A stretch of DNA of 64,000 bases from an uncultured delta proteobacterium (GCA_963816395.1 CAWFKQ010000006.1:128001-192000); one strand, 5' to 3'. Shown: positions 29,436 to 40,518, numbered from the stretch's first letter. Numbers and translations: made by a program. The notes: generated by a model not told the origin, from the sequence alone.

Positions 29436-31408
29436 GTGTCCGCTGCTCTGGGTGATCGCAGGTTGCCTTTTGCTGTCCTGCTCCGGCATCCCGGGCCTGT
29501 TCCTGCAGCGCACCGGCGGTGGCGGCGAGCGGGTGGCGGCGGTACTGATGTGCGCCGGCGCCGGCTGCGGGACCATCGGCACCCTGACCGGACTGGCCGG
29601 CCACGGCGGCAGCAGCCTGCGTCTGGCCTGGGGGGTTCCCGGCGGGGCGCTGGCCCTGGCCCTCGATCCGCTCTCGGCGGTCTTTCTGCTGCCTATCTTT
29701 CTGGTGATGGCCCTGGGCGCCGTCTACGGCCTCGCCTACTGGCCGCAGCGCTCCTTTCCCGCACAACGGCCGCGGCCTGCGGTGCACCTACGGTCTGCTC
29801 GGCGGGGCCATGGTCCTGCTGCTGCTCGCCCGCAACGGCGTGCTCTTTCTCCTCGCCTGGGAGATCATGGCGCTGGCCGGCTTCTTCCTGATCACGACCG
29901 AGCAGGAGAAACCGGAAGCGCGCCGCGCCGGCTTCATCTATCTCTGCGCCACCCATGCCGGCACCCTGGCGCTGTTCGGCATGTTCGCCCTGCTCGGCCA
30001 GCAGTCCGGCTCCCTCGCCTTCCCGGCGGCCGGCGCTCTGGCGGTGCCGAGCATGGCTGTTTTTCTGCTGGCGCTGCTCGGCTTCGGCGTCAAGGCCGGA
30101 CTGATGCCGCTGCACATCTGGCTGCCCGGCGCGCATGCCGCCGCCCCGAGCCACGCCTCGGCAATCCTCTCGGGGGTGATGATCAAGACCGGCATCTACG
30201 GACTGCTGCGGGTCACCTCCTTCTACGCCGTGATTCCCCCCGCCTGGGGCTGGACCATCCTCGCCCTGGGGGCGGTTTCGGGAATCTTCGGCGTCGTCTT
30301 TGCCCTGGCCCAGCACGATATCAAGCGGCTGCTCGCCTACCACAGCGTGGAGAACATCGGCATCATCGCCCTCGGGGTCGGCACCGCCCTGCTCGGGCGC
30401 AGCTATCACCTGCCCGACCTGGTGCTGCTCGGCCTGGCCGGCGCCCTGCTGCATGTGATCAATCACGGTCTGTTCAAATCGCTGCTCTTTCTCAGCGCCG
30501 GGGCGGTCATCCACGCCACCGGCACCCGGGAAATCGACCATTACGGCGGCCTGCTGCGGCGCCTCCCCTGGAGCGGGGTGTTTTTTCTCGGCGGCGCGGT
30601 CGCCATCTGCGGCCTGCCGCCGTTCAACGGTTTCATCAGTGAATGGCTGATCTACCTGGGCCTGCTGCGGACCGCGCACGGCACCGGCCTGCCCATTTCG
30701 CTGGCGCTTCTGGCAATTCCCGCCCTGGCGATGATCGGCAGCCTGGCGGTCGCCTGCTTCGTCAAAGTCTTCGGCATCACCTTCCTTGGCGAGCCGCGCC
30801 GCGAACACGCGGCGCCGGCCCACGAAGCGCCGCCTGCCATGCGCTGGCCGATGGCCGGCCTGCTCGCTGCCTGCGCCTGGATCGGCCTGCTGCCGGGGAC
30901 GGTGGCGCCGCTGCTGACGCAGGCCGTTGCGGCCTGGAGTCCGCTGCCGGTCGCCGCGGAACTGGACGGCTCCCTGGCGCCGCTGACGCTGGTGGGAGTG
31001 CTCGGCTGGGGGTTGCTGGCCGCCCTCGCCGCCGGCGGCGCCTGGCTGTGGCGGCGCAGCCGGGGGGCGCCGGCCGGGGTTGGCACCTGGGGTTGCGGGT
31101 TCTCCCTGCCGACGCCGCGGATGCAGTACACGGCCTCCTCCTTCGCCGATTTCCTGGTCGGCCTGTTCCGCTTCGGACTCTGGACGAAGCGGCACGGCGG
31201 GCGGGTGACCGGGCTCTTTCCGTCCCCGGCGGAATTCGCCAGCCACACCCCCGATACGGTGCTCGAGCGTCTGCTGCTGCCGGTGCTGCGGGGCGGCAGC
31301 TGGCTGGCGGCGCGCCTGCGCGCCTGGATTCAGAACGGCAGCTCCAGTCTTTACCTGCTCTACACGGCGGTGACCCTGGTGATCCTGCTGCTGGTCGTCG
31401 CGCGTTAG
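29436..31408 (+). CDS. Ehr-2 HyfB-like proton-translocating subunit A2 (frameshifts near 29445 and 29770)
   Basis: LDPLSAVFL, AWEIMA, GFGVKAGLMPLHIWLPGAHAAAPSH, KRLLAYHSVENIG, TWGCGF..RMQYTASSF. Confidence 0.85.
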
Positions 31409-31454
31409 AGGTTTATCGCAACAGGCTCTGCTACCACCAAAGGTGACATGTGAA

Positions 31455-32369
31455 ATGATGCTCCTCCAACTGGTGATCCATCTTTTTCTGCTGCTGGTTT
31501 TTGCCCCGCTGCTGCTCGGGGTGATCACCCGCACCAAGGCCTGGTTCGCCGGCCGCACGGGCGCGCCGCTGCTGCAACCGTACGCCGACCTGCTGCGGCT
31601 GTGGCGCAAGGGTTTCGTCTTCAGCCGGACCACCACCTGGGTCTTTCGGGCCGGGCCGGTGGTCGGCCTGGTGGTGCCGATACTCGCCTCCCTGCTGCTC
31701 CCTTTCGGTGCGCTGCCGGCGCCCGTCTCGTTCGACGGCGACCTCATCCTCTTCGTCTATCTGTTCGGCCTTTCCCGCTTTTTTACCGCGGCCGCGGCCC
31801 TGGATACCGGTTCCAGCTTCGAGGGGATGGGAGCCGCCCGCGAGGTGACCTTCTCCTGCCTGGCCGAGCCGACCCTGCTGTTCGCCCTGATCGTGCTGGC
31901 CCGGCTTTCCGGCGGTCTGTCGCTGAACCGCCTGCTGGGGGCCCATCTCGGCGGCGCCTGGCAGACGGCGCCCGCCCCGCTCGGTCTGGTGGCGGTCTGT
32001 CTGGTGGTGGTTCTGCTGGTCGAGAACTCCCGAATCCCCTTCGACGATCCCAATACGCACCTGGAATTGACGATGGTCCACGAGGTGATGGTGCTCGATC
32101 ACAGCGGACCGGCCTTCGGCATGATTCTCTACGGCGCGGCACTCAAACTCATGGTGCTGGGAGCGATCGTGGTCCGCCTGGTCTTGCCGGTGACGACGGG
32201 AAATCTGCTGGGCGATGCCCTGGTTTTTATCGGCGGACTGCTGGCGCTGGCGGTGCTGGTCGGGGTGGTGGAGTCGACCATGGCCCGTCTGCGCCTGGTG
32301 CGCATTCCGCAGATGCTGATCGGCACCACATTGCTGTCTGTTTTCGCCCTCGTACTGGCTCTGCGCTGA
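31455..32369 (+). CDS. Ehr-2 HyfC/NuoH-like membrane subunit
   Basis: AGRTGAPLLQPYADLLRL, LDTGSSFEGMGAARE, ENSRIPFDDPNTHLELTMVHE. Confidence 0.9.
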   Translation: MMLLQLVIHLFLLLVFAPLLLGVITRTKAWFAGRTGAPLLQPYADLLRLWRKGFVFSRTTTWVFRAGPVVGLVVPILASLLLPFGALPAPVSFDGDLILFVYLFGLSRFFTAAAALDTGSSFEGMGAAREVTFSCLAEPTLLFALIVLARLSGGLSLNRLLGAHLGGAWQTAPAPLGLVAVCLVVVLLVENSRIPFDDPNTHLELTMVHEVMVLDHSGPAFGMILYGAALKLMVLGAIVVRLVLPVTTGNLLGDALVFIGGLLALAVLVGVVESTMARLRLVRIPQMLIGTTLLSVFALVLALR

Positions 32370-32425
32370 GCGGGTTTTCATTGGTCCAATAGGTCACGGT
32401 CTTATTTTTTGAGGCTTTTCAAACC

Positions 32426-33064
32426 ATGCTCGAACTCAACCACCTGCTTCTGCTGAGCGTCATCCTGATCAATTTCTTCACCCTCGGCAGTGCCCGCCTG
32501 GGCGCCTGCATCAATGCGGTGGCCCTGCAGGGGGCGCTGCTGGCGCTGCTGCCGCTGAGCGCCCACGGCCTCTCCGGCCACACCCTGCTGCTGGCAGCGC
32601 TGGCGCTGACCATGAAGGGGATCTTCATCCCCTGGCTGCTGCTGCGCGCTATCCGCGAGGTGCGCATCCGCCGCGAGGTCGAACCGCTGATCGGTTTCGT
32701 GCCGACCCTGATTCTCGGGACCCTGACCACCGCCGCCGCCTTCATCTTTGCCGATTACCTGCCGCTGCTGCCGGTGCATCGCGGCAGTCTCTTCATCCCG
32801 ACCTCCCTGGCGACGCTGGCGACCGGGTTTCTGCTGCTGATGACCCGGCGCAAGGCGATCACCCAGGTGCTCGGCTACCTGATCCTGGAGAACGGCATCT
32901 TCATCTTCGGCGTCCTGCTGTCGGAAGCGATGCCGCTGATGGTCGAGGCCGGGGTGCTGCTCGACCTGCTGGTCGGCGTCTTTGTCATGGGGATTGTCCT
33001 CAACCAGATCAACCGCGAGTTCTCCTCGCTCAATACCGAGCGCCTGTCGGCGCTGAAGGAATAG
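32426..33064 (+). CDS. Ehr-2 HyfE-like membrane subunit
   Basis: VALQG, KGIFIPWLL, RRKAITQVLGYLILENG, MPLMVEAGVLLD. Confidence 0.9.
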   Translation: MLELNHLLLLSVILINFFTLGSARLGACINAVALQGALLALLPLSAHGLSGHTLLLAALALTMKGIFIPWLLLRAIREVRIRREVEPLIGFVPTLILGTLTTAAAFIFADYLPLLPVHRGSLFIPTSLATLATGFLLLMTRRKAITQVLGYLILENGIFIFGVLLSEAMPLMVEAGVLLDLLVGVFVMGIVLNQINREFSSLNTERLSALKE

Positions 33065-33067
33065 GCC

Positions 33068-34498
33068 ATGCTGGTCGCGATCGTCCTCATTCCGCTGCTG
33101 CTCGCCGCAGCGGCCTGGGTCATTCCCTCCTACCAGGGGCGCTCCTGGCTGCTGCCGCTGGGCGGCGGCCTGAACCTGCTGCTGGCCATCCTGCTCGTCC
33201 TCAACCCGGCTCCGCCGTCCGGCAGCTGGATCGGCCTGGATGACCTGTCGCGGCTGGTGCTGCTGGTGACGACGCTGCTCTTTTTCGCGTGTGCCGTCTA
33301 TGCCGTCGCCTACCTGGACATGCGGCGGGACCGCGGCAACCAGGTCATGGTGCCCTGCCTGCTGGCCTTCCTGGCGGCGATGACCCTGGCGGTGATTGCC
33401 CGGCACCTGGGCCTGCTCTGGGTGGCGGTCGAGACCACCACCATTGCCAGTGCCCCGCTCATCTATTACAACCGCAACCGGTTATCCATCGAGGCGACCT
33501 GGAAATACCTGCTGATCTGCTCGGTGGGGATCGCCCTGGCGATGCTCGGGATTCTGTTCGTGGCCTACGCCGCCCTCGGCGCCGATGCGAACGTCAGCCT
33601 GCAATTCGACGCCCTGCTCAGGCTGGCACCGGGGATGAGCCGGCCCTGGCTGAATGCCGGATTCGTCTTCCTGCTGGTCGGTTTCGGCACCAAGATGGGG
33701 CTGGCTCCCCTGCATACCTGGAAACCGGACGCCTACGGCGAGGCGCCGGGGATGGTCGGCGCGCTGCTCGCCGGCGGCCTGACCAGCGTTGCCTTTCTCG
33801 CCATTTTGCGCGGGGTGCAGCTGATGGGGGCGGCCGGCGGCCAGGTCATGGCCCGCCATGCCCTGCTCGGGCTGGGTCTTCTCTCGCTGCTGCTGGCCGC
33901 CGTCTTCATGGTCCGCCAGGGGGACATCAAACGGCTGCTCGCCTATTCCAGCGTCGAACACATGGGGATTCTGGCCATCGGCGTCGGCATCGGCGGCCTG
34001 GCGACTTTCGGCGCCCTGCTGCACCTGATCAACAACGCCCTGACCAAGGGGAGCCTGTTTCTGGCCGCGGGGAACATTCAGCGCGCCTACGCCAGCAAGC
34101 AGATGAGCGGCGTGCGCGGGGCCATGGCCCGACTCCCCCTTTCCGGCGGGATTTTCCTCGCCGGCTTCCTGGCTATCACCGGTTCGCCGCCGTTCGGACC
34201 CTTCCTGAGCGAATTCACGATTCTGCGGGGGATCTTCGGCACCGGTCAATATTGGGTCGGCGGCATCGTCCTGACGCTGCTGGCCACCGTCTTCATCGGC
34301 ATGGGCGGGACCGTCCTGGCGGTCACTCAGGGCGAATCGGAACCGGAAGCGGAGGATTCCGGCTACCGTGACCGGTTGCTGCTGGTCGCCCCGCCGCTGG
34401 TGCTGCTGCTGGCGGTGCTGTTCCTCGGCCTGTTCCTACCCGAACCGCTGCAGCATCTGCTGCACGGCGCCGCGGCCCTGCTGGAGGTGCCGTCATGA
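33068..34498 (+). CDS. Ehr-2 HyfF-like proton-translocating subunit
   Basis: HLGLLWVAVETTT, EATWKYLLICSVGI, GFGTKMGLAPLHTWKPDAYGEAP, KRLLAYSSVEHMG. Confidence 0.9.
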   Translation: MLVAIVLIPLLLAAAAWVIPSYQGRSWLLPLGGGLNLLLAILLVLNPAPPSGSWIGLDDLSRLVLLVTTLLFFACAVYAVAYLDMRRDRGNQVMVPCLLAFLAAMTLAVIARHLGLLWVAVETTTIASAPLIYYNRNRLSIEATWKYLLICSVGIALAMLGILFVAYAALGADANVSLQFDALLRLAPGMSRPWLNAGFVFLLVGFGTKMGLAPLHTWKPDAYGEAPGMVGALLAGGLTSVAFLAILRGVQLMGAAGGQVMARHALLGLGLLSLLLAAVFMVRQGDIKRLLAYSSVEHMGILAIGVGIGGLATFGALLHLINNALTKGSLFLAAGNIQRAYASKQMSGVRGAMARLPLSGGIFLAGFLAITGSPPFGPFLSEFTILRGIFGTGQYWVGGIVLTLLATVFIGMGGTVLAVTQGESEPEAEDSGYRDRLLLVAPPLVLLLAVLFLGLFLPEPLQHLLHGAAALLEVPS

Positions 34499-36018
34499 GT
34501 ACCGGTCCGGTGGTTATCAAGAACGGCGGCGCGTTGCCGCTGGCGGCCCTGCCGACCATCGCCTACGAGGAGTTCGCCGACCTGTTGGTCGCGGAAATCG
34601 ACCGGGGATGCGCGGGTTTCCGCCTACTTCGCCCGGTCCCTGGATGCCGACCGGCTGGAACTTTTTGCCCTGCTCGCCCATGACTGGAAGGAAGAGCTGC
34701 ACCTGCTGCGGACCACGGTCGGGCGGCGGTTTCCGTCGCTGACCCCGCGCTGCCCCCAGTTACACCTCTTCGAGCGGGAAATCGCCGAGCAGTTCGCCGT
34801 CCTGCCCGAGGGGCATCCCTGGTTCAAGCCGGTGCGCTTCCATAACGCCTGGCGTCCCGGTGCCGACCCCTGGGGGCGCGACCCGCGACGGCATCCCATC
34901 CCCGGCGATATGAGCTTCTACCGGGTGGAGGGGGAAGAAGTTCACGAGGTGGCGGTCGGCCCGGTCCATGCCGGGGTCATCGAACCCGGCCATTTCCGCT
35001 TCCAATGCCACGGCGAGAAGGTCATGCATCTGGAAATCTCCCTCGGTTTCCAGCATCGCGGCCTCCAGCAGTTGCTGCGCGGCGGCCCGCATCCGGCTAC
35101 CCTGGCGCAGATGGAAACCGTCGCCGGCGATACCACCGTCGGCCATGCCGGCGCCTATGCCCTGCTTCTCGAGGCCCTGGGCGGGGTCGAGTGCCCCGCC
35201 GCGCGGCGCCGCCATCCGCTCGCTGGCCCTGGAGCTGGAACGGCTGGCCAACCATGTCGGCGATATCGGCGCCCTGGCCGGCGATGTCGGCTACCTGCCG
35301 ACCGCCGCCTTCTGCGGCCGCATTCGCGGCGATTACCTCAACCTGACCGCCGAACTCTGCGGTAGCCGCTTCGGCCGCGGCCTGGTGCGTCCCGGCGGGG
35401 TCGGTTTCGATCTCGATCCGGCGCTGATCGAAAAGCTGCTGGCGCGGCTGGAGGTGCTGGAGCGCGAGACGCGAGGGGCGATCGATCTTTTCTTCGACAG
35501 CCCCTCGGCACTGGCCCGGATGGAAGGCATCGGGGTGGTTACTGCCGATCAGGCCGAAGCGCTCGGGCTGGTCGGCATGGCGGCGCGCGCCAGCGGCCTG
35601 ACCCGCGACTGCCGGCTGCACCATGCCAGCGATGGCTACGTCGGCACCTTCGACGGCCTGGTGATCGAGGAAACCGGCGACGTCTTTGCCCGAGCCCAGG
35701 TCCGCCGCCGCGAGATTCTCAACTCCCTGGACTGGGTGAAACAGGCCCTGCGGCGCCTGCCGGACGGGAGCGATCCACCGTACGCCGGGGGCTCCGGCCG
35801 CCGACAGCCTGGCGGTGGCGCTGACCGAGGGGTGGCGGGGGGAGGTGGTGCACGTGGCGCTGACCGATGCCGCCGGCCGCTTCGACCGTTACCAGATGGT
35901 CGATCCCTCCTTCCACAACTGGAGTGGACTGGCTCTCGCCTTGCGCGGCGAACAGATCTCGGATTTCCCACTCTGCAATAAAAGCTTCAACCTCTCGTAC
36001 TGCGGTTTCGACCTGTAG
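34495..36018 (+). CDS. Ehr-2 NuoCD/HyfG-like large subunit lacking NiFe CxxC motifs (about 3 frameshifts)
   Basis: HLFEREIAEQ..HPWFKPVRF, HEVAVGPVHAGVIEPGHFRF, ETVAGDTTVGH, ELERLANH, EGWRGE, DPSFHNW, SDFPLCNKSFNLSYCGFDL. Confidence 0.87.
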
Positions 36019-36069
36019 GCTGGGAGAGGCGAGGACAGAGCAGAAGACAGGCAAGGGAGAGAAAATTTC

Positions 36070-36823
36070 ATGCTCAAGATCATCCATGAACGTCTCCGGC
36101 AGGGGCACCGCACCGGCAAATATCCGAAAGTCGATCCGGTTCTCCCCGAGCGCTTCCGCGGCCGGCCGGAAATCGATCCGGGCCGCTGTCCGCAGGGGTG
36201 CCGGGAATGCGAGAAGGCCTGCCCTCTCGGCGCGGTGCGGGTCGGCAGCGGGCCGGTTCTCGACCTGGGCCTGTGCAATCTTCTGCGGCGGCTGTGCCAC
36301 CGCCTGCCCGCACGGAGCCCTGCGCTTCGGCCGCGACTGGCGACTGGCCGGCCGCAGCCGCGATGCGCTTGCGGACCGATGGGAGCACAAACCGTTTGGC
36401 GGGAGCGCTGAACCAGGAGATGCGCCGCCTTTTCGGCCGCTCTCTCAAGCTGCGTCAGGTCTCGGCGGGCGGCTGCAATGCCTGCGAAGCCGATATCAAT
36501 GTCCTCGGTACCCTGGTCTTCGATCTGGGCCGCTTCGGCATCCAGTTCGTCGCTTCTCCCCGGCATGCCGACGGCATGCTGGTCACCGGCCCGGTGACCG
36601 AGAATATGAAAAGCGCCCTTCTCGACACCTATGCCGCCATTCCCGCACCCAAGCTGGTTATCGCCTCCGGTGCCTGCGCCATCGGCGGCGGTCCTTCCGC
36701 GGCAGCCCCGAACAGCACAACGGCATCGGCGATCTGCTGCCGGTCGACCTCTACATCCCCGGTTGTCCGCCGCATCCCTACACGACGCTGGATGGTCTGC
36801 TGCGATTGCTCGGACGGCTGTAA
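36070..36823 (+). CDS. Ehr-2 ferredoxin-NuoB (HyfH-HyfI-like) fusion small subunit (frameshifts)
   Basis: RFRGRP..CRECEKACP..C.FCGGCATACP then SAGGCNACEAD, FVASPRHAD, GAC, YIPGCPPHP. Confidence 0.85.
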
Positions 36824-36826
36824 GGC

Positions 36827-36895
36827 AGGGAGATAGTAAGATAGTGAGGTAGGAAAACCTGCATATACTACCTCACTATCTTATTGATTACTTAC
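36827..36895. repeat. Octamer-based (GAGATAGT-like) inverted repeat between convergent genes
   Basis: Perfect 16-bp inverted repeat taagatagtgaggtag (36837-36852) / ctacctcactatctta (36868-36883). Confidence 0.8.
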
Positions 36896-37104
36896 TGCTT
36901 ACAGGGTCCGGGCGGCTCCCGATCCCGCTCCGGGGGCGTGCGCAGAAAGGCCTCGGACTTGCTCCATGAATGCTCCTGGCCGCAGTGGGGGCAGGCGACG
37001 GGGCGGGTTTCGATTTCGGCCTGGAGGAAAACCTTCCCCGGCAGGGCAATGCCGGTCGGAACGTCTTTGCCGGTCACCGGACAGCGGATCAGGACCTCGG
37101 GCAT
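36892..37104 (-). CDS. Small putative zinc-binding protein (70 aa)
   Basis: GAGGAGG RBS; IRCPVTG..VPTGI..CPHCGQEHSW. Confidence 0.7.
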   Translation of the reverse strand: MPEVLIRCPVTGKDVPTGIALPGKVFLQAEIETRPVACPHCGQEHSWSKSEAFLRTPPERDREPPGPCKQ

Positions 37105-37146
37105 CTCATCCTCCTCTCAGGAACATGCGCCAGCTCCATCGGCGGG

Positions 37147-37534
37147 TCACTTCATGCCCCGTACCGGGTCGGAAAAAGGGGTACAGCTACGGCCGGCGAC
37201 CCCCCGCAGGCGGTAATAGAAGATTTCCCCGGGCGACTGCTTCCCGGTCGATGAACTCGTTCACGCTGCCGTTCACCAGGCCGATGATCCGGTAGGGACC
37301 GTTCAGGTCCCCGGCTCGGGCGATCTCGAAGCCGGAGATGGTGGTCGGCCCTCCCGCGGCGGGAATCCAGCTAATGCGCAGTCCCTCCGGTACCGCCACC
37401 ACCTGGACTCGGTTGGGCGAATTCCAGCCGCTCACGGTCGGGCAGTTCTCGATGATGTCCCGGGGTATCAGTTGTGCGCCGGCCGGGGTGAACAGAAGGG
37501 AAAGGAGCAGGACGAGGGACAATGTACGACTCAT
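37147..37534 (-). CDS. Exported fibronectin type III-like protein (frameshift near 37240)
   Basis: Signal peptide; LRISW..GFEIAR..GPYRIIG..FIDR..PGEIFYYRLRGV..FSDPV. Confidence 0.65.
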
Positions 37535-37703
37535 TTAAGCCTCCCATCTCCAGCCAATCCTTACTTGTCTCACTATAGCGCACTTGGGGGAAAAGCAACT
37601 TTCCAGCTTTTGCGGCGCTCTGGGTTTTTTTAAATCCTTGTGGAATTCGCCGGTTGTGCTCATAATGGGCGAGCGCATTCGGCAAGCTAATGCGGAGGGG
37701 AAA

Positions 37704-37970
37704 ATGAAAAAATTCATCTGTCCGGAATGCGGCAGCCGCAAGGCCAGTGAATCGCGGTTCATGGCAAACGAGAGCCTGGTGCAGCGCACGGACGGGCAGG
37801 TTACCACACGTACCCGCACCTGCATCGGTTGCGGCTATGAGATCCCGCTGCACCTGGGGGAGCGGCATGGAGAGGTTTCCATTGAGCAGGCGCGCCGGGA
37901 ATGGCATACTGTCTACCGCCGCAAGGCGCGCCGGCGGGCGAACTGGCTGGGAAACGAAGAGGATTCTTGA
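37704..37970 (+). CDS. Small zinc-ribbon protein
   Basis: GGAGGGG RBS; FICPECG and TCIGCGY pairs. Confidence 0.7.
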   Translation: MKKFICPECGSRKASESRFMANESLVQRTDGQVTTRTRTCIGCGYEIPLHLGERHGEVSIEQARREWHTVYRRKARRRANWLGNEEDS

Positions 37971-38137
37971 GAGGTTTCGTTGTATTGCCTCCGGCCGGGC
38001 ACATGGTTTCCCAGGATCTTTTCGGACAGGCCGCCAAGGGCATTGCCTCAGCCTTGAAAGATTTTGACGTCGCTCCCGGCGTGGTATATAAGGGAGCGAT
38101 ATTTTTGCCGGAATTGGATGGAAGGGAAGGGTTGAAT

Positions 38138-38398
38138 ATGAAAAACCCGTGGTGGCATCTCGCGGCCATTTTGGGGGCGGTTCTGGCCGTTCTGCTGTTC
38201 AGCATGTTCAGGGAGAAGCCGATAAAAGTTCCCGCGGACGATAAGCATCGACCCTTCATTGAAAAACTGGTGAATGGCGAAAGTCCGGCAGAGGTGGAAA
38301 AAGGATGTCCCGATTGCCACAACCCGCAGACTATGCCGCTGGACGCGGATCATCCCGCCAATCAGAAGTGCCTGGTCTGCCACCCGGTGCAGGGCTAG
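38138..38398 (+). CDS. Small membrane-anchored diheme c-type cytochrome
   Basis: N-terminal hydrophobic helix; two CxxCH motifs (CPDCH, CLVCH) plus spare His residues. Confidence 0.85.
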   Translation: MKNPWWHLAAILGAVLAVLLFSMFREKPIKVPADDKHRPFIEKLVNGESPAEVEKGCPDCHNPQTMPLDADHPANQKCLVCHPVQG

Positions 38399-38656
38399 CT
38401 CAGACGATTACCTGATCGGATCAGACTGCCGATTTTTGGCGTTTCGCGGCCCGACCGCGGGAATGGGGAATGCGGGGCTGGGAACGGTCGACCGGCCCGC
38501 GGTGGCGTACCTGGTGAAAATGGCCTCGGGATTTCGCACGGTCGGCGCAGCTTGCGATAAGATGATTGGAAAAAGGTCCCTGACCTGCGGTGGCGCGACG
38601 ACTTTAAAACACCAGATTGTCCAGAAGTTTTCCGCCCTGAATCCGGATTGAGTCAA

Positions 38657-39755
38657 ATGGCCACCAAAATCTTCATCTCCGCCACCGACCAGGATAGCGG
38701 CAAAACAACCACCAGTCTTTCCCTCCTTTACCAGGCCCGTAAAAAATACCGGCGGCTCGGCTTCATCAAGCCCATCGGACCGAAGCCGATCGATTTCCAC
38801 GGCCGGCGTATCGATACCGATCCGGCGATGATCGCTCAGGTTTACGGATTGGAGCACCTGATCGATGCCATGTGCCCGGTAGTGGTGGAACCGGGGATGA
38901 CGCAGCAGGCGATTGAAGGGCGATTGCCCCTGGCTGAACTGGAGGGGCGCATCCTGCGGGCGGTGGCGCGGCTCGAACGGGAGTGCGATTTTCTCATCGT
39001 CGAAGGGGCCGGTCACAGCGGCGTCGGTTCGGTTTTCGGGCTGAGCAATGCGCGGGTGGCGGCGATGCTGGGTGCGCCGGTACTGATGGTGACCGGCGGC
39101 GGGGTGGGAAGCGTGATCGATGCCGTCTGCATGAATCTCTCGCTTTATCGGGAGATGGGGGCGGAAGTGCGGTTGCTGGTGGCGAACAAGCTGCTCCCCG
39201 AGAAGCGCGACAAGACCCTTCGGCACCTGCGGCTCGCCTTCCAGAATGCCGGTTTCGGCGTGATCGGTGGTTTCAATTACCAGCCGGTCCTGGCCAACCC
39301 GACTCTCCAGCGGATAGCCAAGGTGCTGGGGATCGAAATGGACGGGCAGCCGGAAGGAACGGATGCGGATCGTGCACAACGTGCAGATCGGCGCCGCCGC
39401 CACCCAGCGGGTGGTCGACATGCTGCAGGACGATACGCTGCTGCTGGTCACCAGTTCCCGGGACGAGTTGCTGGTGACCCTTTCCAATCTCTATACCCAG
39501 CCGGAATTCTACCCGAAAATCGCCGGCCTGGTGATTCCCGGCATGACCCCGATCGCGAAAATAACCCAGGAGATTCTTGACAACAGCGGGATCCCCTATC
39601 TGCGCATCGGTAAACGGACCGACCAGGTTTTTCTCGCCATTCATGAGGATGTCTCCAAGCTGACGGCGGAGGATGCGGAAAAGATCGCCCTCATTCAGCA
39701 GCTGGCGCAGAAGCGGTTCGATTTCGACTATATCGACCGGCTGTTTGCCGCTTGA
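38657..39755 (+). CDS. BioD-like AAA/DRTGG-domain phosphotransacetylase-family protein (frameshift near 39350)
   Basis: KIFISATDQDSGKTT, GFIKPIG, IVEGAGHSGVGSVFGLSNARVA, LLVTSSRDE. Confidence 0.82.
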
Positions 39756-39805
39756 CGATTTCCAGAAGACAGGCCGAAACATGGTTTCGGCGGAAAGGAA
39801 TTCCG

Positions 39806-40116
39806 ATGCAGGCGAAGGAACTCGCCAAGGCAATCAGAGCGAAAAAGGCGCCCCGGGTACTGTCGATGTGCGCAGCGGCGCGGAGTTCCGCTCCGGCCAT
39901 ATCCCCGGTGCCGTGCATGTGCCGTTCTGGGCCGCTCCGCTGCGCCTGAAGGTTTTGCCGGCGGACCGGCAGGCCAAGCTCGTTCTGACCTGCGAGCACG
40001 GCCCGCGGGCACAACTGGCCAAGACCCTGCTCGGCCTGGCCGGCTACCGCAATCTCGAGCTGCTCGAGGGGCACATGGCCGGCTGGCGTCGGGCCGCCCT
40101 GCCGCTGGAGAAATAA
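39806..40116 (+). CDS. Rhodanese-like protein (frameshift near 39860)
   Basis: MQAKEL.. / DVRSGAEFRSGHIPGA, TCEHGPRA, LEGHMAGW. Confidence 0.85.
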
Positions 40117-40398
40117 ATGTTGGACTGCCGGACAGGCTGCGGCGCCTGCTGCATCGCGCCGTCGATCTCCTCGCCGATTCCCGGCATGCCCGAGGGGAAG
40201 CCGGCGGGGGTCCGCTGTGTGCAGTTGACGGCGGACAACCTCTGCCGTCTGTTCAGTCGGCCGGAGCGGCCCGGCGTGTGCGTCCGCCTGCGCCCGGATG
40301 CCGAGATGTGCGGGCGAACCGCCGGCGAGGCAATGGCGCGGCTGACCGAAATCGAGTCCCTGACCCGGCCGGCCCCTGACTCAGGCGCCGAGGGGTGA
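40117..40398 (+). CDS. YkgJ-family cysteine cluster protein
   Basis: CRTGCGACCIAPSISSPIPGMPEGKPAGVRC..C..RP.VC. Confidence 0.9.
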   Translation: MLDCRTGCGACCIAPSISSPIPGMPEGKPAGVRCVQLTADNLCRLFSRPERPGVCVRLRPDAEMCGRTAGEAMARLTEIESLTRPAPDSGAEG

Positions 40399-40518
40399 AA
40401 AAGAGGTTTTGCAACCTGCCCCCCTCGTGCCTCTATATCTATTTTCGCCTTGCCCGGGGGGCCTCTCCGGGAAGGGCAGGAGCCTTTTTGCTGTAAATCG
40501 GACAGCTGGAGTAATGTG

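Noticed and set aside
19152..36823. Calling these clusters hydrogenase-4 or formate hydrogenlyase
   Set aside because: Both large subunits lack the N- and C-terminal CxxC nickel ligands, and no fdh or hyp genes are present
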